Below are positions 34,421 to 45,142 of a DNA stretch of 64,000 nucleotides, in pieces. The position numbers and the translations under genes are program-made. This stretch comes from Caecitellus pseudoparvulus (lineage: Eukaryota > Protista > Bigyra: Bicosoecida): the NCBI GenBank assembly GCA_965644315.1, contig CBFFRQ010000052.1, positions 62,001 to 126,000 on the forward strand, written 5' to 3'. Position 1 is the stretch's first letter. The number at the start of each line of letters is the position of its first letter. The notes below the pieces were generated by a model, which searched no databases, was not told the origin of the DNA, and worked only from the letters and a program-made list of their open reading frames with translations.

Positions 34421-35621
34421 TCACATGATGACGCAGGGTGTGCTAGCCTGGTACTCCGCTGCATGTGTCAAGTGCCCCACGCCCTTCTCCACGCGCTGCA
34501 CGGTCCTGCCCACCGACTCATCCACTTGCTGGATGCGCTCACTGTCCTCCGCCACCAGCGTCGCCAGGTCGGCCATGATGTCTTTGATGGCGGCAGCCTC
34601 GGTGGCAATGGCCAAGGCTTCCCGCTCCCGCTCCGCCATGATGGCCGCCATGACCGCCACTGAGCCGTCAGGCAGCATTTCTTCCCGCTCAGCCAGCGCC
34701 TGTCCCTGCTGCTGCGCCGCCTGCGGTGCGCCGGAGCTTGCTCGGCCGTGCTGGGTGCTGCTCGTCGAAGCAGCCCCTCGAGCACTGCCCACGGTGTGTG
34801 GCAGGCGATCCAGCGTCACCTTGATGTGGCGATGCACAGCCTTGAGGGCCTCCTGCAGGCGCCGCTGGCCTGCCACCACCCCCTGCAGCGTGCGGGCAGC
34901 TGGCCGAGGCAGGCTGCCGCTCTGGGCCGCCTCCCGCTGCACCCGCAGCACTTGCGCACAGTACCCCTGCACTTTCCTCTGCACGCCTTGGGAGGTGCGG
35001 GACAGCAATTCGCGGAAGGCAGCCGTGTCTGCGTCAGTGCCCAGGTTGTCCGCCAAGCGCGTCAGGCGTTGCACGACGTCCTCCATCTTGCGCAGATCCC
35101 CTGCCAGAGACACGACACGCTCCTTCAGTGACTCGCCAGGCATGTCTGCGCTGCTGCCCTTGCCCGCACCAGGCATTGCGGTGTCAGCCTCCGTATGCAC
35201 CCCCGGCTCGTATGGGCGCAGCCATCGCCTGCGTCGAAGCCCTGCGGTCCAGTGTGCGCTGCTTGTTGCCTGGCCTCTGCCCAAGGCAAGCTCGGCTAGT
35301 GTTTCTGCGTATGACCAGCCATGAGAGTCACATGCTTCCGGTTGTTTTGGCTCCACGCGCCAAGAGCTGCCGTGCTTCCACTTCATGCCCCGTGGGGGCG
35401 GCATGCGCGGGTCTCTGTGTGGGCGGCGTGGCGAAACGTCACAGAAACGCCAGGACGACCCAGCCACCGCGCACTCACAATGGCTCGTCGCCAGCAGCAG
35501 ATGACCAGGGTGGCACAATGATTCCTGATGCTAGTTCAGCGGTCCATTCTCCACTTCGCTGAAGCCACTGGTACTCGTAGACCTCCTGCTCGTGGTCTGA
35601 GGCCTGCAGCCCAGAAGCCAT
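34421..35621 (-). CDS. Dysferlin (DysF)-domain syntaxin-7/Pep12-like SNARE with C-terminal CaaX box, about 378 aa; exon 1 35621-35479, intron 35478-35415, exon 2 35414-34421
   Basis: The DysF motif is split across the intron: EVYEYQWLQRSGEWT...PPWS | PPPRGMKW...WRVE...CDSHGWSYA...LRRRRWLRP. It is followed by an Habc-like LGTDADTAAFRELL, the SNARE motif EREREALAI...DLATLVAEDSERIQQVDESV...LTHAAEYQ, and the terminus CVIM-stop. Confidence 0.85.
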
Positions 35622-35960
35622 CCTGAGACAATTGCACCCTGCGCCTCAATCCCATGAACGCGGGGGGCTTCAATGGAAGCTAAATCTAGTGCTTCAGTGC
35701 GTCCAGTAGGGTGTGGGGTCGTCGATTTTTTGCCTGTTCGCCAGGTCTCCCCACTCTGCCACTGCGCCAAGAGGAACTCTTGCTGCCTCCACTCTGGGAG
35801 TTCTCAACGTAGAGTGGAAGCGCCCACGCACTTGACCAGCCTGCAATACCTACATGCAAGTTGATCTCGTGCATGACTGCCAGCAGCCGCCTGTGACCTG
35901 CGATCAGCTGCGCCAAGGAGCCACTTGACCAGTGCAATTTCCGCAAGAACCCTGCTGTGA

Positions 35961-38900
35961 ATGGAGCGCGTCGTGCCGAGCCCAAGCGAGCCGCTCTTGG
36001 CTTGCCTGGCTGCAAGTGGTGACGTTCAGTTGCTTGCACATGTGTGTGCGGACTGTTCTGCGCCTGCCAGGCCTGCCGCGGCAAGTGAGCGTCAGGCTGG
36101 CGCTGCAGTCCAAGCTGGACACGGCGGTAGCGCCCGCGTCACGGTGCCCACGCGCAGGACCCGCATTGCCGCCAGCGTGCACTTGCCCCTCTCCATGGCA
36201 AGAGACGTAGCCAGTCTCAGCATGGTCTGGGGCCCCCAGGGCTCCACTCTGCATGTGGTAGGAGGGACACCCTGCACCTTGTGCACCTTTGCCGTGTCCC
36301 TGGTCCAGCCTGCACACACAGGCAACAGCCGAGCACAGCAAGCAGAAGCAGCAGCTGAGGGGGTTCCGACAACATCATGGATGTCCTGGTTTGATGGTGC
36401 CCTGGAGGCCCTCGTAGGCGGTGAGGAGGTCGAGGAAGAGCACGCTCACGTGCAAGCAGCGATCACAGCGTGCGACACTGCGTGTTTGGGGGGGTGCACG
36501 GTGCGCCTGTCCCTCATGTTCGCCCAGAGCATACAAGCGACATTTTCCTCTTCCCCCATCCTCTGCACGGCTTCAGCAGCGGGCCTTGTCCTCGCATCTG
36601 CTACTTCCCCGCGACGCATGGCGCTGGCACCGTGGGGGCACCCTGGGTGTGCGCTGGGGGGACTGCACCCACGTTTAGGACCTGATTCCACATCGCATGT
36701 CACCACCCTGGTGGCTGTGGGAGACTGGCTTGTGCTGGTGGCCGCCGACACTGCCTGGGTGCAGCCATGCGGGCGGGACGGACCGTGGCAGGCACACAAA
36801 CTGCCTGCTGGCACGCAGACAGTGGTGCCGTGTGGCTGCCACGGCACCGAAGCGCTCGCCTGTGTCGTCCTGCGCCCTGACCGCAGGACGGCCATCACCT
36901 GTCTGAGCCTCGCCTCTGGCCGGTGCCGCTGGTCCGCCACTTTGGCCAGGAGTGCGTACGCCGTGCATGCACGAGCAACGTGCTCGCACGCCTCGAGCGT
37001 GAGAGGCAGTCCCTGGAGCGACATCTTGGTCGTCACAGATGCAAAGGGCTGCTGTGACGTCTTGTCTGTTGTCGACGGCCTGCGACTGCTGGGGCTCCAG
37101 GCAGGGGCCGGTGCAGTGCTGACTGGCTGCGGTTCACTAGCCTGGCCAGTGGGCCGCTCCACGTGGCAGCTGGCCCCCCTGCCACTGCCTGCACAGGAAG
37201 GCAGTGGTATCGCGTGCGAAATGCGTGGTGGATCCAGTGCCCTCACTGTTGCCTGCGCGCCGTGCGCTTCAGATGTGGCCTTCACACCCCGTGCACTTTG
37301 GACACGGGGCCAGGCCGGCTCCCGTGTGCCCTTCCCCCCTGACTTGTGCCAGGCTGGTAAGCAGGGCGTGGCGCAAGTCGTTGTGCTCAAACATGGCACC
37401 TTGCACGTGTGCGTCGTTGTGTCTGGGACGGCGATCGGTGTGTGCACACGTCACAGGCGGAGCCAAGCGTGGGGTGACATTGCTGTGTACCCGATGAGCC
37501 CCCTGCTGGGGGGCTGCACTGTGCGATCTGCGTGTGTACTCCCAGGCCCTGTGCCCCAGCTTGCTGTGCTTGCAGTGCAGCAAGCTGCCATTTGCCTCAT
37601 CACGGCAGAGATGCAGACGGGTGGAGAGCTTGCCCAGTGGCGCGGCAAGCAGCAGGCGACCCCTGAGGGTGCGTCAGCGACTGCAGCCCTCACTCCCCTG
37701 TGGTCTGCTTCTCTTGCAACCGCCTCCCTTGCACCTGCTGTACTGTGGGCTGACGAGTCTTCCTTCGTGCTGTGGGACGGCGTGGCTGCGCACGAGGTTC
37801 CGGCCCACACCCCTGGCTACTCCGCCGCCCTGGGCATGCCATGTGCCGGGCATGGTTTCCAGGTAGTAGGATACATGGCCCAGTCTGGTGTGCAGCTCGT
37901 TGCCGTACCCCCACGCAGCTTTCTGTGGCTGGTGCAGGAGGATACTGGGGGTGCAGTGGCCATCACGGCAGCGCCAATTGGAGACCCAGCATCACCTTCC
38001 CCGTCACAGCCTGGGCTGACGCTGCGTTCCCTTTCTATTGTGCAGCTCGCTCCTGTATCTCTCCCTGCACTGTCGCTCTCCTCGCCGATTCCCAGCGCCT
38101 GCCGGGCTTGCGTGACCGGCTCAAGCACCCATGCGTCGGCGTGGCATGGAAAGGGCACCCCTGTGCACGCACTGCACTGCCTTCTGACTGGGTGCTTGCT
38201 GCACGGATTGCATTCCGTTGCACGCCAGGTGCTGCGTCCCAGTCAAAGCGCCCTGAGCTCCACACTCCTGCTGCATGGGGCAGTGGCTAGCACTGTCGCG
38301 CCGGCACTCCCGGTGCTCCCAGCCCAAGTCGAGTTGACACTGGCACACGCCATGACGTGGGCGGCCAGACATGCAAGTGCCTTGCCACGGGCAACAGCGT
38401 GGCTGTCAGCGCTGCACCTGCCCATGGCGCTCTGTGTGCTGGTGCTCGTCGCCCGCAAAGGTGAGACGAGGCGGCTGCCAGACTGGGCGGCGGCTTGCGG
38501 GCCACCCCTGGCCCTCTGGGCCCATGCTCTGTGTTGTGCTCGTGTGCACCTGACGGCCCTGGCCGCGGCAGTAGCAACGGCGCAAGGCGCAGCCCAGACT
38601 GGCGCAGCCACCCCAGCAGAAGTGGCCAGGAAACTGCAGGTTGCATCCGAGCCCGCTGCTGCCAGTGCCTTGACGTCCCTGTTTGCAGCGGCACAGAGCT
38701 TGTTGCTGGTGCAAGAGTCTGTGCTGTCTGGCATTTCTCAGTCACCGTGCAGCTTGCCCTGGCTGCCTGAAGGTGCAGGGGAGGTGTCCGAGCAAGCCAG
38801 CGACCTGTGTGACAGTCTACTTGAACTGCAGGAACCACGCGCTGCGGAGCACGCCCCCTCTGTGCACATCGTGGTTGCTTGTGCAGCACGCCTCGCGCCG

Positions 38901-39215
38901 CAACTTGACCAGCTGGCCAGGCTTACCCGCGCTGTCCTGCCCAAGGCCGCCCTCCGCTTGCCTGAAGCAGCGCTGGCAGAGTCGCAGCTCCCGCACTGCG
39001 TTGTACACCTGGCTCGAATTCGCTTAGCCGTGCTCGAGATCGGGGAACAGACATCTGCCTTTGTGAAGCGAGTGCGGCAAATGTGTCCGCAGCCAGTGGC
39101 TGGTGCGACAGTGCCATCCACCTGCGGAGCGGCCGCGCATGCTGCAAGCACCAGTTTGCCTGGCTCAGTCCGCCAGGCGTCCTTTTCCCAAAGCCCCACT
39201 GCGCACAAACCCTAG
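35961..39215 (+). CDS. Divergent RIC1-like protein (Rab6/Ypt6 GEF subunit), 1084 aa
   Basis: A long ORF with a beta-rich N-terminal part and a helical C-terminal part. The segment CVLVLVARKGETRRLPDWAAACGPPLALW...AAQSLLLVQ resembles the RIC1 motif ARKTE..W..LF...G.P..LF...AASYLL.LQ. The ORF itself is well supported; the RIC1 identity is tentative. Confidence 0.55.
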   Translation: MERVVPSPSEPLLACLAASGDVQLLAHVCADCSAPARPAAASERQAGAAVQAGHGGSARVTVPTRRTRIAASVHLPLSMARDVASLSMVWGPQGSTLHVVGGTPCTLCTFAVSLVQPAHTGNSRAQQAEAAAEGVPTTSWMSWFDGALEALVGGEEVEEEHAHVQAAITACDTACLGGCTVRLSLMFAQSIQATFSSSPILCTASAAGLVLASATSPRRMALAPWGHPGCALGGLHPRLGPDSTSHVTTLVAVGDWLVLVAADTAWVQPCGRDGPWQAHKLPAGTQTVVPCGCHGTEALACVVLRPDRRTAITCLSLASGRCRWSATLARSAYAVHARATCSHASSVRGSPWSDILVVTDAKGCCDVLSVVDGLRLLGLQAGAGAVLTGCGSLAWPVGRSTWQLAPLPLPAQEGSGIACEMRGGSSALTVACAPCASDVAFTPRALWTRGQAGSRVPFPPDLCQAGKQGVAQVVVLKHGTLHVCVVVSGTAIGVCTRHRRSQAWGDIAVYPMSPLLGGCTVRSACVLPGPVPQLAVLAVQQAAICLITAEMQTGGELAQWRGKQQATPEGASATAALTPLWSASLATASLAPAVLWADESSFVLWDGVAAHEVPAHTPGYSAALGMPCAGHGFQVVGYMAQSGVQLVAVPPRSFLWLVQEDTGGAVAITAAPIGDPASPSPSQPGLTLRSLSIVQLAPVSLPALSLSSPIPSACRACVTGSSTHASAWHGKGTPVHALHCLLTGCLLHGLHSVARQVLRPSQSALSSTLLLHGAVASTVAPALPVLPAQVELTLAHAMTWAARHASALPRATAWLSALHLPMALCVLVLVARKGETRRLPDWAAACGPPLALWAHALCCARVHLTALAAAVATAQGAAQTGAATPAEVARKLQVASEPAAASALTSLFAAAQSLLLVQESVLSGISQSPCSLPWLPEGAGEVSEQASDLCDSLLELQEPRAAEHAPSVHIVVACAARLAPQLDQLARLTRAVLPKAALRLPEAALAESQLPHCVVHLARIRLAVLEIGEQTSAFVKRVRQMCPQPVAGATVPSTCGAAAHAASTSLPGSVRQASFSQSPTAHKP

Positions 39216-39705
39216 CTGAAAATATACCGTCTGCACTCCAAGCACCTACTTCCATTGTGCCCATGAAGCAAGCAGCTCCGAGTCCCCTCAGCTTTGCTCG
39301 TCAAACGTGGCACTTCTGCAGCGGAAATTGCTTCAACGCCAGGCCTCCTGCAGCATGAGCAGCGCAGCAGCTACTCCCGAATGGTGGCCTTCGGTGGATT
39401 TCTCAGCAGTAAGACTTAAAAAGGAGTCCAATGCGTGCTAGTCTCTGCCTCTTGCACTCCCCTACCCCTGCGTGCCTCCACAGGAACTCCTTCCGTTACC
39501 CGCCAAACTATGTGGTCCTGTTGTCCCTCAAGCCGACTTTGTCACACCCAGTCCATGTCTTTCACGTGGCGTGGCATCACGGGTGGGCAGGAGTCATTCT
39601 GCGTCCCCTGCTTCCCCCTCGCCTCCAGCCGACGCGTTTGTCAGCCCCGCCTCCTTCGCGTCCTCCTTCACGCCGGCTCTGAACCTGTCCGTCGCGAGCG
39701 AGCGC

Positions 39706-40956
39706 ATGGCAGTGAGCAGCGAGCACATCAAGCGCCTGAGTGACGACTTTGCCAAGACCTTGATGGCAGGCATGGATTCTTCCAGCGACGAGGACGCGGC
39801 AGAGGCAGCAAGCCGCCCGGCACCCACCGCATCCACGACGCCTTCCACCCAACCCGCCGCTAACACGCCACCCCGCGAGAGCCAGGGCACCCACGACAGT
39901 GATAGTGACGTCATCGCGACGCCCTTTGCACGGGGGCACCGGGCACTGGTCGTCGTGGATTCAGAGTCAGACGGCACTCCCCAGCTCGCCTGCCCCAGCT
40001 GCAGTCCGCAGTCTGACGGGACCATCCACCTCACGGCCGTAAAAGCACGAGCAGGGAGGGTCTCGCTGGAGTCCGAAGACGGGTACATGGAAGACGGCTG
40101 GCTAGTTGCCGATGGGGACGTGGACGACGCCGTCAGCGACTGCTCCGACACACCTGGTGCGACCCCTGCGCCAGTTGAGCCAGCGGAGGTGGGTGAGGCA
40201 GCCCCGGCCCAGTCCGGCCCGGGGGACGACATGGATGCCATTTTCGCGAGCTCCAAGTCAAAGAAAGGCAAGGCACAACGGCACGATGCTGTGGCCAGGC
40301 TGCTTCCGTTGTTCAACGAAGCCGTGTTCGACGGAGTGCTGCCTACCGATCTCCGCGTGAAATGGAGCAACACGCTGCGCCGCACGGCAGGACTGACGTA
40401 CAGCAAGCTGCAGCCTGGCCAGGGGCGTGTGGCCCGCATCGAACTGTCGAGCAAGGTGTGTGACACTGGTAATCGAGTCGCCTCAACCCTCCTGCATGAG
40501 TTGTGCCATGTGGCTGCCTGGTTGGTGGATGGCGTGAACAAGCCTCCACACGGACGCGTTTTCAAAGCTTGGGCTCAGCGGGCAACGGACGCCTTCCCGC
40601 ACTGGGAAGTTTCCACGACCCACTCATTCGCTATCCGGTACAAGTACACCTACGCCTGTGTGGAATGCGGCACCAGCTACGGGCGGCACTCCAAGAGCAT
40701 CGACACCGCCACGCAGCGCTGCGGTCAGTGCATGGGGGCCCTTGTACTGGGTGGACCACAGGAGCCAGCATGGCTGGGGCAGGCCCCGGCATCCGCGCCC
40801 CGAACACCGAGAGCAGCGACAGGGTTCGCTGCATTCGTAAAGGAGCAATACTCAGCAGTACGTTCCGCAACAGACGGGCCTGCTGTCAGTCACAAAGAAG
40901 CCATGCAGACCTTATCTGCAATGTGGAAATCACAGCCTACATGCCCCCCCGAATGA
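39706..40956 (+). CDS. GCNA: GCNA/ACRC-like SprT metalloprotease (acidic disordered region + SprT + Zn ribbon + HMG-like box); start codon uncertain
   Basis: Motifs FNEAVFDG.LP, WSNTLRRTAG, RIELSSKVCD, TLLHELCH (HExxH), HGRVFKAWA, YACVECG..YGRHSKSID...RCGQC and FAAFVKEQY...SHKEAMQTLS. Confidence 0.9.
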   Translation: MAVSSEHIKRLSDDFAKTLMAGMDSSSDEDAAEAASRPAPTASTTPSTQPAANTPPRESQGTHDSDSDVIATPFARGHRALVVVDSESDGTPQLACPSCSPQSDGTIHLTAVKARAGRVSLESEDGYMEDGWLVADGDVDDAVSDCSDTPGATPAPVEPAEVGEAAPAQSGPGDDMDAIFASSKSKKGKAQRHDAVARLLPLFNEAVFDGVLPTDLRVKWSNTLRRTAGLTYSKLQPGQGRVARIELSSKVCDTGNRVASTLLHELCHVAAWLVDGVNKPPHGRVFKAWAQRATDAFPHWEVSTTHSFAIRYKYTYACVECGTSYGRHSKSIDTATQRCGQCMGALVLGGPQEPAWLGQAPASAPRTPRAATGFAAFVKEQYSAVRSATDGPAVSHKEAMQTLSAMWKSQPTCPPE

Positions 40957-42050
40957 ACCCTGACTTCTTTTCAGCGCCGCTCACCATGGATGCCTCCGCT
41001 GCTGATCGCCCTGTGTGCAGGAGCTCCCCGAGGGCTTTGCTCTTCGCCGCGGCAGCGCTAGTTGTGCGAGCGGCATCAGCAACAATGCTCGCCACTCCTG
41101 GTGGGAGCTGAACCCGCACAGCCGGGGCAGCGGGGTCTGGCCCCCGCGCCCGCTTGGCTGAGCTGTCCTGCTCCGAAGCCTCCGCACCAGCGCGCAGGCG
41201 CTTCGCAGCCTTCCGGGCCTTACTCGCAGCCTTCCGCTTCTGGTCTGCCATTGCAAGCAGGCTCTGTACCTCGGCTTGAGGGGCAAGGGGCAGTACACTC
41301 GCTGTCGAGGTGAGTGCAGCACAAACGGGGCATGCAAACTGCGCATGCTCGTGACTTGGCGTTTCTGACAGGCAATTCAAGACAGTAGAGATGCGGGGCA
41401 CGTCAACAGTGGCCTTGAGAGCTTTTGTGGCAAACACGTGGCCGCAAGGCAGGAACACGAAGTCTGACCTGCCGCTTGCCTCGACATCACTGACTGCGCA
41501 CGAGAAAGCGCTGCGCACCGAGCCTTGCAGGAAGGAAGTCACATCGCTGGCGCCCTCAGCCGCTGCAGCCGCTGCAGTGGAGCTAGCTGCACTGCTTGAC
41601 TGCTGGGACACATATTTCTTGTTCCAGTTGAGCTTCAGGGTCGTCAAATCCTGCAGGACAGGGCAGCGTTTCGTTTGTGAAACGCCAACATGCAGCAGTC
41701 GTGCAGACGCGCCCACCTTCTTGAAGCTTTGAATGTGGCACAGGTGTGGTGGGAGAGATTTGTCCTTGAGGGCCAGGAGCACCTTCATCTTGTTCATGAG
41801 GTTCCCCAGCTTGTCGGCGACGACCTGAGCAGCAAGTGTGCCCAGGCCCAATTCGCAAGTGCCGCGAGGCTTGCTGCGCCTGGCTGGCGCTCACTGGTTC
41901 GCTCAACGGCTCGCCACTGCAAGCACAAGTCATCCACTTAACGACAGCATCCTCAGCAGCATCTCTCCGGGCGTCAGCCTTCTTTACCTTCACAAGGAAC
42001 CGCCGCTTTGCTGCGATGACCCCACCATCGTTGCCACCTCCGAGACCCAT
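40937..42050 (-). CDS. RTF2: Replication termination factor 2, multi-exon
   Basis: MGLGGGNDGGVI..KRRFLVK, WMTCACSGEPLSEP | VVADKLGNLMNK...HIQSFK | ...FVFLPCGHVF..KAL...CPVC, and a basic tail. Confidence 0.92.
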
Positions 42051-42236
42051 CGTGCAAGGCGAATTTAGGGGGCGATCGGGGTGCTGTGGAGTGCTTGTGG
42101 CCACTGCATCTGGCTGACTTGGAGCCAAGGTGTGGGTGGGCGAGTTGTTTTGTTCAATTTTGCAGCAAAACACTGTAAGTCCGAGAAAATTGAGGATACC
42201 CCTGTACTCCGTTGTCCTCTTCTTACGCTGTTTACT

Positions 42237-44560
42237 TTATTTGAACAAGCAGTCAGGCTCACCGTCGTCTTCGTCATCCGATACGGCAGCCAATGCTGCT
42301 GACTCCCCCTCTTGGCCCCGCTTGGCTCCCAATGCAAACCCCGAGCTTCTCGGTTTGTAGCCGTGCCTGACGGCAGGGCCGCTGGATCCCGCAGTGCGTT
42401 GCTTGCCTTGTTGCGGAGAGCGCAGACCCGGATGCTTGTGAGCCAATGGAGAGCACACGGCTCGTGCTCGAGTGACAGAGTGGAATCTCTGTCTCGCAGC
42501 AGATTTCCTTGGCACAGGTTTGCTGCGGGGGGCCTTGATCAGCAGTGCTGACGATGCATCGCTTGCAACGCTGAAGGCGTCCTGCTTGCCAGATGTCTGT
42601 GGCTCGCAGGCCAGAGGTGGTCGCTGGTGCCTCACTGGCACCACCGGCCCGGTGAGCGGGCTTGCCTTCAGGACAGATCGCTCTTCGGCCTCCACCTTGA
42701 GCTTCATGCCTTGCTCCATCTGTGACCAGAAGCGTGCGGCGTTGACCGCTCGGCGTGATCGTTTCTCAAGTAGGGTACGCACCAGCTTGATCTGCCGCTT
42801 GTGCCTGCGTAGGATGCACTCGACGTGGCCTCTGGCTGCCTCCATTTGCAAAGTACGATGCTGGACAAGGCCTTCGACCTGCTTGAGGCAAAGGCGAACC
42901 TGAATGTTGTCGGTGCAGCGCTGAAAGTTGTGTCCAACGTACCTGGAGGCAGACCCCACCGACGGATTCCAGCATCGTCTGGCCCCCCTTCAGCTCTGCT
43001 TGCGCACGCTCTACCTTTGCACGAAGAGAAGACACTCGGGATGCCGCCTCCTGCATCTGGCGCTTCGCTCTTGCCTCCACTGCAGAAACCTGTACAGGCT
43101 TGCGTGTGGAAGTAGTAACGCAAGGAGAGCAGAGCAAGATGGCACTCCTGCTTACCTTTCTTGTTCGTTCGCGATCGTTGTGCTCAAGGGAAGCCACTTC
43201 TTTGTGCCGTTCAGCCAACCTGTCGCGGAGCACTTGAAGTGACTCGCGTGCCATACCTTGTTCGAGGAGGCGGCACGCCTTGGCGTCCTCCAATTCTCGC
43301 CGCAGCTCAAACACTCGTTCTTGCAGCCGCAAGAGGGCCTCATTTGCATCTGATGAGCTTTGCTGTTTTGCTGTGAGCTTCTCTTGAGCACCCAGTAAGT
43401 CGGCTTCCACGCTGCTCATGGCAGTAGAAACCTGGCTTTGGGTCCGCTGCAGTTCAGCAATCTGCGGAATGGTTTAAAGCGATGGGAGGACATTGCAATC
43501 AATAGCGAGCCCTTATATCGCACCTTCTCCTGGTTGGCTTGACATTGCTCGTTGGCCAGCTGTAGCGAGGCGCTGTCCTGCGCTTGCTTGTCGCTCAGGT
43601 CAGCGCCCACTCGCTTCAGCTCGCCAGCTGCTTTTCTCTGTCGCCGCAGAAACATGTCCTGTGAAGTGCGGGCACACTCAACACTCAGTGAACCTACAAT
43701 GCATAACTTTTTCGGGGCACTGCCTCACCAGAGCGCGTTCGACTTCGTCAATCTCGGCTGTAGCACGCTCGGACTGCTGCCTCGCGACCGCAAGGGACTT
43801 CTCCGCTCGCTCATGCTTCTGAGAGAGCGTCCCCAGCTCGCCCTTGACTTGAGTTTCTTGAGTAGTCAGCGCCCCAAGGCTCTCTTTGAGAGCCTGTGAT
43901 GCTGCTGCTGCCAGCTCTCGGCGCTGCTCCAGGGCTTGGAGCTGGGCGTGCGTGTGCTCTTCTTGGCCACCAAGCCCAGCCCTTTCCAGATTCACAACCT
44001 CAAGGTCCCGATACAGCTTGTGACTGAGCTGTCTTTGCGTAGACTCCTTTGTGCCCATCACGAGGTCGTGAAACCGGCTTGCCAGCGATTCACTGGCGGA
44101 CGTCACAGCTGCTGCAGCAGACGCGTCAAACGTCTCCAACTGCTTGCAGAGCCACAAGACCTGGGACATGCTGTCTTCAATGGCCACAATGGCAGGCAGC
44201 AACTCTGCCTTGTACGGTGCAGCGGCTTGCTCGAGCGCCTTCGATGCGTCAGGAGCTTGGGTCTGCAGCTCCTGAAGCTGCTCGGCAGCTGCAGCATGGA
44301 CTTGTTCAGTCTGCACGATTGCGGCCTGGACTGTCGCCGCATACTCAGTGACTTGCTTTAACCCAAGCTGGCTTTCTTGCTTTTGCTTTCGAACTGCCTG
44401 GTGGTGCAGTGCAACGCCAAGCGAAAGTCACTTTGCGGCGCATTGAGCGCGAAGATCCCGCCGTTCACGCACTTCCAATCGCAAGCTGGTTTGGGCTGCA
44501 ACTTCTCGCAGCCTCTCAACAACCGACACGGCATCTGAAAGTCTGCAAGCAACACGTGCA
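42237..44560 (-). CDS. Uncharacterised coiled-coil protein, multi-exon; 5' end uncertain
   Basis: Successive minus-strand ORFs with heptad, E/Q/K/R/L-rich sequence (43678-44316, 43416-43655, 42766-43419, 42237-42959) separated by GT-AG intron-like gaps. Confidence 0.65.
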
Positions 44561-45142
44561 GGTGGTGCGCACGCTGCGTTTCAACTGCTCCCGTCAGCCA
44601 ACACAGCGTCTGCGTTGCAGTCACTGCAATGGCGGCTGGCAGCGCCCTACTCACTGAATTTCCTGAGTTGCCCCCTGCATGGTCATGCCCCTCTGATTCG
44701 AAGCTGGGTGCCTTGGTCCGGGGTGGCAGGCGGGAACAGCTGACTTGCGTTTCTCCTAGACCTGGCACGTTCAGCTCTCTCAGATGGCTTGCTGCGCTTG
44801 CAGGGCAACTTTGCAAGTGAACGAGCAACTACATGGATCGCGGGGCGTCTCGAAACTCATGGACATAAAATTGAAGAAACAGGGTGAATGGTCCCCAGCT
44901 GTGGACTGCTTCGCCAGCCCGTGGCCTTCATTTCATGTGACTGGTGATGAACTGAGGAGGAGCACAAGAGACCCCCTGTGTGGAGAGTGGAGTGCCGTTC
45001 CAGAAAAAAGAAACACCAAAAGCCAGATACAACCACTCCCCAAACAAAGGGTGATTGGGCTGAGCCACTGTGCGCGACGTGATCGATAGCCCTTGCAGGC
45101 CTCAATTGTTTGTGCCAGAAAGCAATTTCCGCGCCTTGAGCC

